This document shows, one piece after another, positions 25,804 through 34,708 of a DNA stretch of 64,000 bases. Where the stretch lies: positions 19,347 through 83,346 of the forward strand of contig CAJURQ010000010.1 in the NCBI GenBank assembly GCA_910588955.1. Reading direction: 5' to 3'. A program made the position numbers and the translations under genes. How positions within the stretch are numbered: position 1 is the stretch's first letter; the number at the start of each line of letters is the position of its first letter. The notes beneath the pieces are model-generated. The model was not told the origin of the DNA and searched no databases. It was given only the letters and a program-made list of their open reading frames with translations. The stretch comes from an uncultured Lachnospiraceae bacterium. Lineage in GTDB: Bacteria > Bacillota > Clostridia > Lachnospirales > Lachnospiraceae.

Positions 25804-27663
25804 ATGAACAAGAGTGGTAGAAGCTTTTATCTGTATTTTGTAATCATTATCTGCCTGCTGCTGTTTACGGTGTGGGTGGGAACGCTGCGGGTGCCGAACA
25901 GCGGCTATACCAGAGGCGAGTTTGAAAAGCAGATGGAGAAGAATGAGGTCGCGGTGGTGACGATCTGTCCGGGTAAGGACACACCCACGGGATCGTTAAA
26001 GATTGTCTTAAAGAGCGGCGACGAGAAGGTTCTCTATGTGACGGATGTGACGGAGATGGAGAATATCGTCAGGGCGCACGGCATAGACTGCTCCGTAGAG
26101 AGTGTGCCGGAGGAGAGCTGGTTTCTGAACAGCGTTCTTCCGATTCTGATCGTTGTGGTGGTCTGCGTATTCTTCTTTGTCATGATGAATTCCCAGAACG
26201 CTGGCAGCGGTGGCGGCAAAATGATGAACTTCGGGAAGAGCCGTGCCAGACTGACTATGGGCGGGGAAAATAAGATCACGCTGGATGAGGTGGCGGGCTT
26301 GAAGGAGGAAAAAGAGGAGCTGCAGGAGATCGTGGAGTTTCTCAGGGAGCCGGGCAAGTTCACCAAGGTGGGCGCGAGAATCCCCAAGGGCGTTCTTTTG
26401 GAAGGCGCGCCGGGCACAGGTAAAACCCTTCTGGCAAAGGCGATTGCGGGCGAGGCGAACGTGCCCTTTTTCAGTATTTCCGGGTCTGATTTCGTGGAGA
26501 TGTTTGTCGGCGTGGGCGCGTCCCGCGTGCGTGATATGTTTGCGGAGGCGAAGCGCCATGCGCCCTGTATTATTTTTATCGATGAGATTGACGCGGTGGC
26601 GAGACGACGCGGCACAGGCATGGGCGGCGGTCACGACGAGAGGGAGCAGACGTTAAACCAGCTTTTGGTGGAGATGGACGGTTTCGGTGTCAATGAAGGC
26701 ATTATCGTGATGGCGGCAACGAACCGTGTGGATATCCTTGATCCGGCAATTCTTCGCCCGGGACGTTTCGACAGGAAGATTACCGTGGTTTCCCCGGATG
26801 TACGTGGCAGAGAAGATATTTTGAGAGTGCACGCCAAGAACAAGCCCCTCGGAGACGACGTGGATTTACAACAGATCGCCCAGACGACGGCGGGCTTTAC
26901 GGGGGCGGATTTGGAGAACCTGTTAAACGAGGCGGCGATCAATGCGGCTATGGACAAGCGGGCGTTTGTGAAGCAGGAAGATATCAAGAAGGCGTTTATC
27001 AAGGTGGGAATCGGCGCGGAGAAAAAGAGCCGTATTATTTCGGAGAAAGAGAAGAAAATCACGGCTTACCACGAGGCGGGACACGCGATTCTCTTCCATG
27101 TACTGCCGGATGTGGGACCGGTATATACCGTTTCCATTATCCCGACCGGGCTCGGGGCAGCAGGTTACACGATGCCTCTTCCGGAGAAGGACGAGATGTT
27201 CCTTACGAAAGGAAAGATGATCGAGGATATCATGGTGTCTCTGGGCGGTCGTATTGCGGAGGAGATTATCTTTGACGATATTACGACGGGCGCGTCCAGT
27301 GATATCAAGAAGGCGACCAAGGTGGCGCGCAGGATGGTGACCCGTTACGGTATGTCTGACAATATCGGCGTAATCAATTATGACGACGATGACGACGAAG
27401 TGTTTATCGGCAGGGATCTGGCGCACGCGAAGAATCACAGCGAGCTTGTCTCCGGGGAGATTGACCGGGAAGTCAAGACCATCATAGACGACTGTTACCG
27501 GAAGGCGAAGGATATCATCATGGAGCACGAGGATGTGCTGCATAAGTGCGCGAAACTCCTTCTGGAGAAGGAAAAGATCAACCGTGCGGAGTTTGAATCG
27601 CTCTTCGATACCTACTATCCGCAGCCCGAAGAACCGGGTGAACGGGTAGGAGAGAAGCAGTAA
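25804..27663 (+). CDS. ftsH: ATP-dependent zinc metalloprotease FtsH
   Basis: 619 aa. Walker [12 protein letters not shown] region, and zinc motif HEAGHA. Confidence 0.95.
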   Translation: MNKSGRSFYLYFVIIICLLLFTVWVGTLRVPNSGYTRGEFEKQMEKNEVAVVTICPGKDTPTGSLKIVLKSGDEKVLYVTDVTEMENIVRAHGIDCSVESVPEESWFLNSVLPILIVVVVCVFFFVMMNSQNAGSGGGKMMNFGKSRARLTMGGENKITLDEVAGLKEEKEELQEIVEFLREPGKFTKVGARIPKGVLLEGAPGTGKTLLAKAIAGEANVPFFSISGSDFVEMFVGVGASRVRDMFAEAKRHAPCIIFIDEIDAVARRRGTGMGGGHDEREQTLNQLLVEMDGFGVNEGIIVMAATNRVDILDPAILRPGRFDRKITVVSPDVRGREDILRVHAKNKPLGDDVDLQQIAQTTAGFTGADLENLLNEAAINAAMDKRAFVKQEDIKKAFIKVGIGAEKKSRIISEKEKKITAYHEAGHAILFHVLPDVGPVYTVSIIPTGLGAAGYTMPLPEKDEMFLTKGKMIEDIMVSLGGRIAEEIIFDDITTGASSDIKKATKVARRMVTRYGMSDNIGVINYDDDDDEVFIGRDLAHAKNHSELVSGEIDREVKTIIDDCYRKAKDIIMEHEDVLHKCAKLLLEKEKINRAEFESLFDTYYPQPEEPGERVGEKQ

Positions 27664-27820
27664 TTGTGCACAGTGCACAAAAATGGGTATTGAAAATTGT
27701 AATATTTGTGAATCCTTGGTATTGTAGACAGACAGGGGGTATGCTAATATACTACTTGTAACCCCCCAATACATTATATAGTTTTTTGCTATACCCCATA
27801 AGAAAGAAATACCTTCTCTA

Positions 27821-27849
27821 AAAAAGACAGTTTAGCGACTGTCTTTTTT
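27821..27849 (+). terminator. intrinsic terminator about 160 nt downstream of ftsH
   Basis: Stem AGACAGT / ACTGTCT with a 6-nt loop, flanked by an A run and a T run (TTTTT). Confidence 0.7.
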
Positions 27850-27977
27850 ACTTTGTATCCGGAGAGACGGGGATAACCCGCACGGACGACCAGTCTGCGT
27901 CGAATTGGGGTTGCGCATCCACAATATATAGGATAAAATATCTATATATTGTTCTCATTTTCAAGGAAAGGCTGATT

Positions 27978-30116
27978 ATGGATATTAATCAATTTCAGAA
28001 GGCAGAAAAGAATCAGCAGTATTTTTCGGGGATGCGCCCGGTTTTTAACAGGAAAGCTTTATTTACGGATATAACCGGGGACTATGTGTCGCCGATGGAG
28101 CCAAGTGCCTACGGTGAGGTTACCGTGCGTTTTCGGTCTGCCAAAAATAACATTGATAAAGTATTTTTTGTACACAAAAATGAGAAACACCTCATGTTTA
28201 AGACGGAATCGGATGAGTACTTCGATTACTATTCACATACGGTTCAGCTTGAGGATGAGAAGCTGAGTTATTATTTTGAAGTGCATGCGGGAAGGCTGTC
28301 CTGTTTTTATGACAGACGGGGCGTCACGAAGGATACCAACGAGTATTATCATTTTCATGTTATTCCCGGCTTTAAAACTCCTGATTGGGCAAAAGGCGCG
28401 GTGTTTTACCAGATTTACGTGGACCGTTTCTACAACGGCGATCCGACGAACGACGTGCTGACCAATGAGTACCAGTATATCGGCGATAAGACGGTCAGAG
28501 TGGAGGACTGGGATAAGTATCCGGCGGCTATGGGCGTGCGCGAGTTCTACGGAGGCGATCTGCAGGGTGTTCTCGACAAGATGGATTATCTGCAGGACTT
28601 GGGTGTGGATGTGATTTATTTTAACCCGCTGTTCGTGTCGCCTTCCAACCACAAGTACGACATACAGGACTATGACTATATTGACCCTCATTTCGGTAAG
28701 ATCGTGCATGACGAGGGCGAGCTTTTGAAACCGGAGCAGACGGAGAACCGTTTTGCCACCCGGTATATTGATCGCATTACCAATAAGGAAAATCTGGAGG
28801 CGAGCAACGAGCTTTTTGCGGAAGTGGTGAAAGAAGCGCACAGAAGAGGCATGAAAGTGATTCTGGACGGCGTGTTCAACCACTGCGGTTCCTTTAACAA
28901 ATGGCTGGACAGGGAAAGAATATACGAAAACGCGCCCGGATACGAAAAGGGCGCCTATATTGACAAGGAAAGCCCTTACCACAATTACTTTCAGTTCCAT
29001 GACGAGAATAAGTTCCCTTACAACGGTTCCTATGACGGCTGGTGGGGTCATGACACGCTGCCGAAGCTGAATTATGAAAATTCCAGACAGCTTTTGGACT
29101 ATGTGCTCTATATCGGCAGAAAATGGGTATCTCCGCCTTACAATGCGGATGGCTGGCGTCTGGACGTGGCAGCGGACTTAGGCCACACCCCGGAGTTTAA
29201 CCACAATTTTTGGAAAGAATTTCGCAGAACGGTTAAGATGGCGAATCCCGAGGCAATTATTCTGGCAGAGCATTACGGCAGTCCGCTGGACTGGCTGCAG
29301 GGTCAGGAGTGGGACACCGTTATGAATTACGATGCCTTTATGGAGCCTGTGACATGGTTTTTGACGGGGATGCAGAAACACAGCGACGACTATAGAGAAG
29401 ATATGCGGGGCAACGCCGACAGTTTCTGGGGCGCCATGCGGCATCACTGCGCAGCTTTCACCATGCCGTCTCTTTTTGTGGCGATGAACGAGTTGTCCAA
29501 CCATGACCATTCCCGATTCCTTACCAGAACGAACCACAAGGTGGGCAGGACGAACACACTCGGACCGCAGGCGGCAAACGAGGGTGTGAGTAAGGCGGTG
29601 CTTCGCGAGGCGGTGGTGATCCAGATGACATGGCCTGGCGCGCCGACGATCTACTACGGGGACGAGGCGGGCGTCTGCGGATTTACGGATCCGGATAACA
29701 GGCGGACCTATCCGTGGGGACATGAGGATAAGGAATTGATCGCCTTCCATAAGGAGATTATTCGTATTCATAAGACGCATCAGGAATTTTTGACAGGCTC
29801 CCTCAAGTATTTGGACGCCGACTACAACGTGATCGGCTACGGCAGATTCAACAGAGAGGGGCAGTCGGTAATTCTTGTCAATAACAACGACTATGAGATT
29901 ACGAGGGAAGTGTCAGTCTGGTATCTGGGCATCCCGAAGGAGTGCGTGCTGAACTGCCTGATGCTGACGACGGCGGAAGGTTACTCCACGGATCCGAAGC
30001 AGTATCCCGTTATCTCCGGCAAGGTGCGGGTGACACTGCCGGCGACGTCGGCGATTGTTTTGAGGCATGAGAAGCCGAAGGAACAGCAGGAGCGGAAGTT
30101 TTTGAAGTTTTTTTGA
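27978..30116 (+). CDS. GH13 alpha-amylase-family glycosidase (neopullulanase / cyclomaltodextrinase-like)
   Basis: 712 aa. GH13 regions DGVFNH, GWRLDVAAD, ILAEHY and LSNHDHSRF. Confidence 0.85.
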   Translation: MDINQFQKAEKNQQYFSGMRPVFNRKALFTDITGDYVSPMEPSAYGEVTVRFRSAKNNIDKVFFVHKNEKHLMFKTESDEYFDYYSHTVQLEDEKLSYYFEVHAGRLSCFYDRRGVTKDTNEYYHFHVIPGFKTPDWAKGAVFYQIYVDRFYNGDPTNDVLTNEYQYIGDKTVRVEDWDKYPAAMGVREFYGGDLQGVLDKMDYLQDLGVDVIYFNPLFVSPSNHKYDIQDYDYIDPHFGKIVHDEGELLKPEQTENRFATRYIDRITNKENLEASNELFAEVVKEAHRRGMKVILDGVFNHCGSFNKWLDRERIYENAPGYEKGAYIDKESPYHNYFQFHDENKFPYNGSYDGWWGHDTLPKLNYENSRQLLDYVLYIGRKWVSPPYNADGWRLDVAADLGHTPEFNHNFWKEFRRTVKMANPEAIILAEHYGSPLDWLQGQEWDTVMNYDAFMEPVTWFLTGMQKHSDDYREDMRGNADSFWGAMRHHCAAFTMPSLFVAMNELSNHDHSRFLTRTNHKVGRTNTLGPQAANEGVSKAVLREAVVIQMTWPGAPTIYYGDEAGVCGFTDPDNRRTYPWGHEDKELIAFHKEIIRIHKTHQEFLTGSLKYLDADYNVIGYGRFNREGQSVILVNNNDYEITREVSVWYLGIPKECVLNCLMLTTAEGYSTDPKQYPVISGKVRVTLPATSAIVLRHEKPKEQQERKFLKFF

Positions 30117-30127
30117 GAGGCACGATA

Positions 30128-31408
30128 ATGAAGATACTGAAGAATATTATAACAGGGATAGGTGTCATAGCGGCTTTGCTGTGCGCCCTCATTATATTCT
30201 CCGCCGTGAATCCGGGTATTACGCAGACCCTTTCCTCCCTGCTTTCGGGCGACGGGCTTCCCTCGAAGGAGGAGTCCGGGGAGGAATCTGAAGCGATGGA
30301 AGAGCCGGAAGCGTTTGGTGATGAAGGGGCATCGGATTTTGATATGCCGTCCGATGCGTTCACTGACACCGAGGGAGAAGAGGAAACGTCGGAAGACGAT
30401 TCTATGCTGCCGGAGGAAGACGAGGAGACAGGCGCCGAACAGATCGTGCAGCGTCAGCCTGAGGAGCCGGAAAGAAGCGGTTCCGAATCGGAAAGCGATG
30501 GAGGGCGCGTCGTTGGTATGAACGGTTATGAGCCGCCGTCTGAGTCGGGGGTGAGTGTCCCCGAGGCGGTCAGCGGCAAATCCGGCTACCAGCCCATCAC
30601 GGAGAAATCTGAGGAGCTGCCGGATGCGGAGGGTGGCGAGTATACAAGCGATCTGGGTTACGGCGAGACGGGTGATAATCTGTCTTTCGATTCTATTTTT
30701 TATCCCTATTATCAGATGTTAGACCCGAAAGGGCAACATCTATACCGGCAGATTTATGCCAATGCAGCCGCGTACAACGCGGCTTTTGTACCCATTGAGG
30801 CAGTGCCGGTGTCAGAGCTTAAGGATGTGATTATGGCGGTGTACAACGATCACCCCGAACTTTTCTGGCTCAACACGGTGTTTACCTGCAAGTATGACCA
30901 GAATAAAATCTGCGCCGAGCTGGAGCTGGAATTTAACATGACGCTGGAGGAGCTTACCCCGGCTTCCAGAACGTTTTATAACATCACCAATGAGATCCTG
31001 TCGCAGGTACAGGGATTAAGTGTGAATGAGAAGGAGAGACGGCTGCACGATATTCTGATTGATCGGGTTGAGTACGACAAGGGCGTGGATAAAAACCAGA
31101 GCGCCTACAGCGCGCTGGTGGACGGAAAGAGCGTGTGCGCGGGATACGCCAGAGCTTACCAGTACCTGATGCAGCGGACAGGGATTCCCTGTTTTTACTG
31201 CACAGGCTATGCGGGGACGGATCATGCATGGAATATTGTGGGTCTTGACGACGGCTACTACAATGTGGATGTGACATGGGACGATACGGAAGGCGGTCAG
31301 TACGATTATTTCAATAAGACGGATGAAGCTTACGCAGACACCCATGTGAGACGGGAGTTGTCGGTGAATCTGCCGAAGTGCGAGGGGCAGCGGTATGCGG
31401 TTCAGTGA
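30128..31408 (+). CDS. membrane-anchored transglutaminase-like (Cys-His-Asp) protein with an acidic linker
   Basis: Start placed at ATG 30128, after GAGAGG. N-terminal TM helix, an approximately 150-aa Glu/Asp/Ser-rich region, then the core VCAGYARAYQYLMQRTGIPCFYCTGYAGTDHAWNIVGLDDGYYNVDVTWDD. Confidence 0.7.
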   Translation: MKILKNIITGIGVIAALLCALIIFSAVNPGITQTLSSLLSGDGLPSKEESGEESEAMEEPEAFGDEGASDFDMPSDAFTDTEGEEETSEDDSMLPEEDEETGAEQIVQRQPEEPERSGSESESDGGRVVGMNGYEPPSESGVSVPEAVSGKSGYQPITEKSEELPDAEGGEYTSDLGYGETGDNLSFDSIFYPYYQMLDPKGQHLYRQIYANAAAYNAAFVPIEAVPVSELKDVIMAVYNDHPELFWLNTVFTCKYDQNKICAELELEFNMTLEELTPASRTFYNITNEILSQVQGLSVNEKERRLHDILIDRVEYDKGVDKNQSAYSALVDGKSVCAGYARAYQYLMQRTGIPCFYCTGYAGTDHAWNIVGLDDGYYNVDVTWDDTEGGQYDYFNKTDEAYADTHVRRELSVNLPKCEGQRYAVQ

Positions 31409-31751
31409 TGGCATCATATGCTCGGAAGATGCCAGTCATGTGCGGACCGGGGCGGAACAGGAACTGCTTGCCTACGAAGTGCTCTCTGTGGTGGAGGAGA
31501 TTCCGCCGGGAAAGGTGGCGTCTTACGGACAGATCGCAAGACTGGTGGGCAGGGAGAGGAACGCGAGGCTGGTGGGTAAAATTTTAAGCCGGGCGGAATT
31601 TTTCGGGAATTACCCGTGCCACAGGGTGGTCAATTACGCCGGAAGGACAGCGCCGAATTGGCGGGAGCAGAGGGAGCTGTTGGAGAAAGAGGGCATTGTT
31701 TTTAAGGAGAACGGGTGCGTGGATATGAGGAAGTGTCAGTGGGAGTGCTGA
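31395..31751 (+). CDS. MGMT-family protein (methylated-DNA-protein-cysteine methyltransferase C-terminal domain only)
   Basis: 118 aa. HTH YGQIARLVG and the active-site motif PCHRV. It overlaps the upstream gene by 14 nt. Confidence 0.8.
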   Translation: MRFSDGIICSEDASHVRTGAEQELLAYEVLSVVEEIPPGKVASYGQIARLVGRERNARLVGKILSRAEFFGNYPCHRVVNYAGRTAPNWREQRELLEKEGIVFKENGCVDMRKCQWEC

Positions 31752-31767
31752 GAGGCGCTCCCGTTTT
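31741..31767 (+). terminator. terminator at the end of the MGMT gene
   Basis: Stem GGGAGTGC / GCGCTCCC (one G-U pair) with the stop codon in the loop, followed by GTTTT. Confidence 0.6.
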
Positions 31768-31825
31768 GCGCGTATAAGCAGAGTCAGAAAGCGTCAGGGA
31801 CAGGTGGCATGCAAGGGTAAAGTTT
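31768..31825. repeat. Intergenic repeat family A, copy 2
   Basis: GCGCGTATAAGCAGAGTCAGAAAGC (31768-31792), then the shared core ACAGG..GCATGCAAG (31800-31815). Confidence 0.6.
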
Positions 31826-31916
31826 TAAAGAATTGCAGATTTCGTAAAAAACAGCATTAAAAGAATTGCGATTTTCGTGAAAAAGTCGGGAATAAGAATT
31901 GTGATTTTCGGGAAAG
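31826..31916. repeat. three degenerate tandem repeats (~32-34 bp period)
   Basis: Core AAGAATTGCAGATTTCGTAAAAA (31828), AAGAATTGCGATTTTCGTGAAAAA (31862) and AAGAATTGTGATTTTCGGGAAA (31894). They lie 60-150 nt upstream of the aldolase gene. Confidence 0.7.
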
Positions 31917-31977
31917 TATGATATTCTGGGATATCCGATAGCACATATTTTTATATCAGAGAAAAGAGGAATAACGC

Positions 31978-33006
31978 ATGTTATCATTTGAGAGCGATTA
32001 TATCCAAGGAGCGCATGAAAAAATATTAGAGCGTCTTGCCAAGACGAACCGGGAACCTCTTTCCGGCTACGGCAATGACAAATATTGCGAGAGCGCGAAA
32101 GAAAAAATCAGACAGGCTTGCGGTTGCGAGGAGGCTGAAATTTTTTTCCTGACAGGCGGCACCCAGACCAACCAGATCGTCATCAGTTCCATGCTGAAAT
32201 CCTACGAGGGTGTGGCTGCCGCTGAGACGGGGCATGTCAGCGTCCACGAGGCGGGAGCGATTGAGCACAGCGGACACAAGGTGCTCACCATTCCGGGGCA
32301 CGAGGGAAAGATAAAGGCGGAGGAACTGGCGGCTTACTTAAAGGCTTACTGGGAAGACTCCAGCCACGAGCATATGGTGTTCCCGGGCATGGTTTACATT
32401 TCCCATCCCACGGAGTACGGTACATTGTATACAGAGAGAGAACTTGCGGATATAGCGGGGGTGTGCGGCGAATACAGCATTCCGCTGTATCTGGACGGCG
32501 CAAGGCTTGGCTATGGGCTGATGAGCCGGGAGACGGATGTAACGCTTGCGAAGATCGCCAAATACTGTGATGTGTTTTACATTGGCGGCACGAAGGTAGG
32601 GGCGCTCTGCGGGGAGGCATTGGTGTTTCCGAAGAAAAATATGCCGGCGCATTTTCTGACGCTGGTCAAGCAGAAAGGCGGGCTGCTCGCGAAAGGGCGG
32701 CTTCTGGGCGTGCAGTTTGACACGCTTTTTACGGACGATCTGTATTTCCGGATCAGCGCCCATGCAATTGAGATGGCGGAGAGGATGAAAGAAATGTTCC
32801 GGGAAAAGGGAAAGCGGTTTTTCCTCGACTCCCCGACGAACCAGCAGTTTCTTATTTTGGAGGACGGGGAGCTGGCGCGGCTGAAGGAACAGGTCAATTT
32901 CGATATTTGGGAGCGGTACGACGAGGGACATACGGTCGTGCGTTTTGCCACAAGCTGGGCGACGGAGCCGGAGGATTTGGAAAAACTGCGGGAAATCATG
33001 CCGTAA
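31978..33006 (+). CDS. ltaE: low-specificity threonine aldolase / beta-eliminating lyase family (PLP-dependent)
   Basis: 342 aa. The N-terminus SFESDYIQGAHEKILE...GYGNDKY and the GGTKVG region (PLP lysine) resemble threonine aldolases. Confidence 0.75.
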   Translation: MLSFESDYIQGAHEKILERLAKTNREPLSGYGNDKYCESAKEKIRQACGCEEAEIFFLTGGTQTNQIVISSMLKSYEGVAAAETGHVSVHEAGAIEHSGHKVLTIPGHEGKIKAEELAAYLKAYWEDSSHEHMVFPGMVYISHPTEYGTLYTERELADIAGVCGEYSIPLYLDGARLGYGLMSRETDVTLAKIAKYCDVFYIGGTKVGALCGEALVFPKKNMPAHFLTLVKQKGGLLAKGRLLGVQFDTLFTDDLYFRISAHAIEMAERMKEMFREKGKRFFLDSPTNQQFLILEDGELARLKEQVNFDIWERYDEGHTVVRFATSWATEPEDLEKLREIMP

Positions 33007-33093
33007 AATGAAACCGAAATAGCAGGTGAGAGGTATTAAAGATAGAGAACCTTGTCTGTCCTGGACAGACGGGTTGGCGCAAAGAGGTCATAT

Positions 33094-33585
33094 ATGACAA
33101 AAGAGGGACAGATAACGGCGGATGCCGCGATAGACCGCTATGCGGATATGGTGTATCGACTGGCGTTGTCACAGATGAAAAACAAAACCGATGCGGACGA
33201 TCTCTTTCAGGAGGTTTTTATCCGTCTGGTCAGCAACGTGGAAAAGCTGGAATCATGGGAACATGTGAAGGCGTGGCTGATCCGGGTGACGATCAACTGC
33301 GCGAAGAAACACTTTGATCTGTATTGGAACAAAAACGTGGACTATATAGAGGATGAGGAGCGGGTCAGAGGAGAGGAGGCTTACGAGCCGCCGGACGATG
33401 AGCCCGTCAGGAGTGCGGTGGCAAAACTTCCGCCCAAGTACCGGCTGGCGGTGCACCTGTTTTATTATGAGGAGCTCTCTGTGGCGGAGATTGCCGAGCA
33501 GACTGGGCAGAAGGAGGGCACCGTCAAGTCACAGCTCCACCGGGCAAGAGAGATGCTAAAGGAAATGCTGGCGGATTCGGGATAA
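33094..33585 (+). CDS. ECF-type RNA polymerase sigma factor (sigma-70 family)
   Basis: Start placed at ATG 33094, after AAGAGG. Region 2 (DDLFQEVFIRL) and region 4 HTH (LSVAEIAEQTGQKEGTVKSQLHRAR). Confidence 0.85.
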   Translation: MTKEGQITADAAIDRYADMVYRLALSQMKNKTDADDLFQEVFIRLVSNVEKLESWEHVKAWLIRVTINCAKKHFDLYWNKNVDYIEDEERVRGEEAYEPPDDEPVRSAVAKLPPKYRLAVHLFYYEELSVAEIAEQTGQKEGTVKSQLHRAREMLKEMLADSG

Positions 33586-33659
33586 GAAAAGGCTTCCGGC
33601 ACAGGATAAAAAGATTGACAGTTACAAACCGGGTGACAAAACAAAAAGGAAATCTATAT

Positions 33660-34562
33660 ATGGTGATGGAACAATATAAAGAGCAGTACAAAAAAGAAAC
33701 AGAACAGATACACGCACCCGCAGAATTGATTGCGAAAACTAAGGCGGCAATGCGCGAGGAAGAGGCGCGGATTCACCGGGAGCTTGCACTGCAGGATACC
33801 GGAGCGGGACGCAAAGGGGTGTCAGCGAGGGGCTTTAGTATTCGCAAGTGGGCGTATCCCCTGACGGCGGCGGCAGCGCTGTTGATTCTGGTGTCTGTGT
33901 CCGCGATGATGCGGGGATTGAAGTCCGGGGATATGTCTATGAGTGGAGCGCCTGCCAGCGATACGGCGATGGAATCAGAGTCTTCCGCAATGTCCGGCGC
34001 GGATTTGGACGGCGGCATGGCGGCAGCCGGGGCGGCGATGGATATGGCGGAAGGCGCGGAGGTAACAGAGGAAGCGTTTGCGGATGAGATGATGACTGCG
34101 GAGGCGGATATGGCGGTGGCTCCTGCGGCTGAGAGTGACAGTATATCCGAAGAAATGGCGGCAGTAGAAAACGCAGTTTCCGACACGACGGGATTTGCGG
34201 AAAGCGCGGAAGATGCCGTTGTAGAAAGCGGGGAATCGAAGGAAGCGGAGAAGAAATTCAGCGATACGGAAAGAAGCATGGCGGAGGAAGCGACTCCTGC
34301 GGAGGGCGGAGCTCAGAGCGGCAGCGCGGCGGCTGAGAGTATTACGATAGAAAAAGCGGCGAAAAAGCCGGACTTCTGTGCGAGTCCCGACACCGAAACC
34401 CATGTTTTTAAAGGACAGACATTTCGAGTAGCGGAAACGGAAGACGGCTGGGAGGCATACGCGGAAACAAAGGACGGCGGCAAGTACGTGATCCGTGGGG
34501 AGGCGGAGGATCTGGAGACATTTTTTGAGATGGGGTATCGGAAGCTTTTGGAACAGAAATAA
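33660..34562 (+). CDS. putative membrane anti-sigma factor (single TM, Ala/Glu-rich ectodomain)
   Basis: It lies immediately after the ECF sigma gene. One TM helix (AYPLTAAAALLILVSVSAMM). Call rests on position and topology only. Confidence 0.5.
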   Translation: MVMEQYKEQYKKETEQIHAPAELIAKTKAAMREEEARIHRELALQDTGAGRKGVSARGFSIRKWAYPLTAAAALLILVSVSAMMRGLKSGDMSMSGAPASDTAMESESSAMSGADLDGGMAAAGAAMDMAEGAEVTEEAFADEMMTAEADMAVAPAAESDSISEEMAAVENAVSDTTGFAESAEDAVVESGESKEAEKKFSDTERSMAEEATPAEGGAQSGSAAAESITIEKAAKKPDFCASPDTETHVFKGQTFRVAETEDGWEAYAETKDGGKYVIRGEAEDLETFFEMGYRKLLEQK

Positions 34563-34708
34563 TAATCATCGGGCAGAGAAAATTTTTCCTCTGTCCGATT
34601 TTTTTGCAACCTTTTTCTTCCACAAACGGTATTATGGATATAAGGACAATTAATCAGTGTCCGGGGAGGATTGGGGCGGTCGGACCGCCCGGAACGGAGG
34701 AGAAAGGT

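Noticed and set aside
27683-27727. 14-codon ORF MGIENCNICESLVL after ftsH.
   Set aside because: It has no RBS and is very short. The Cys pair alone is not evidence.
31826-31916. Possible CRISPR array.
   Set aside because: There are only three degenerate units with essentially no unique spacers between them. There are no cas genes and no repeat palindromicity.
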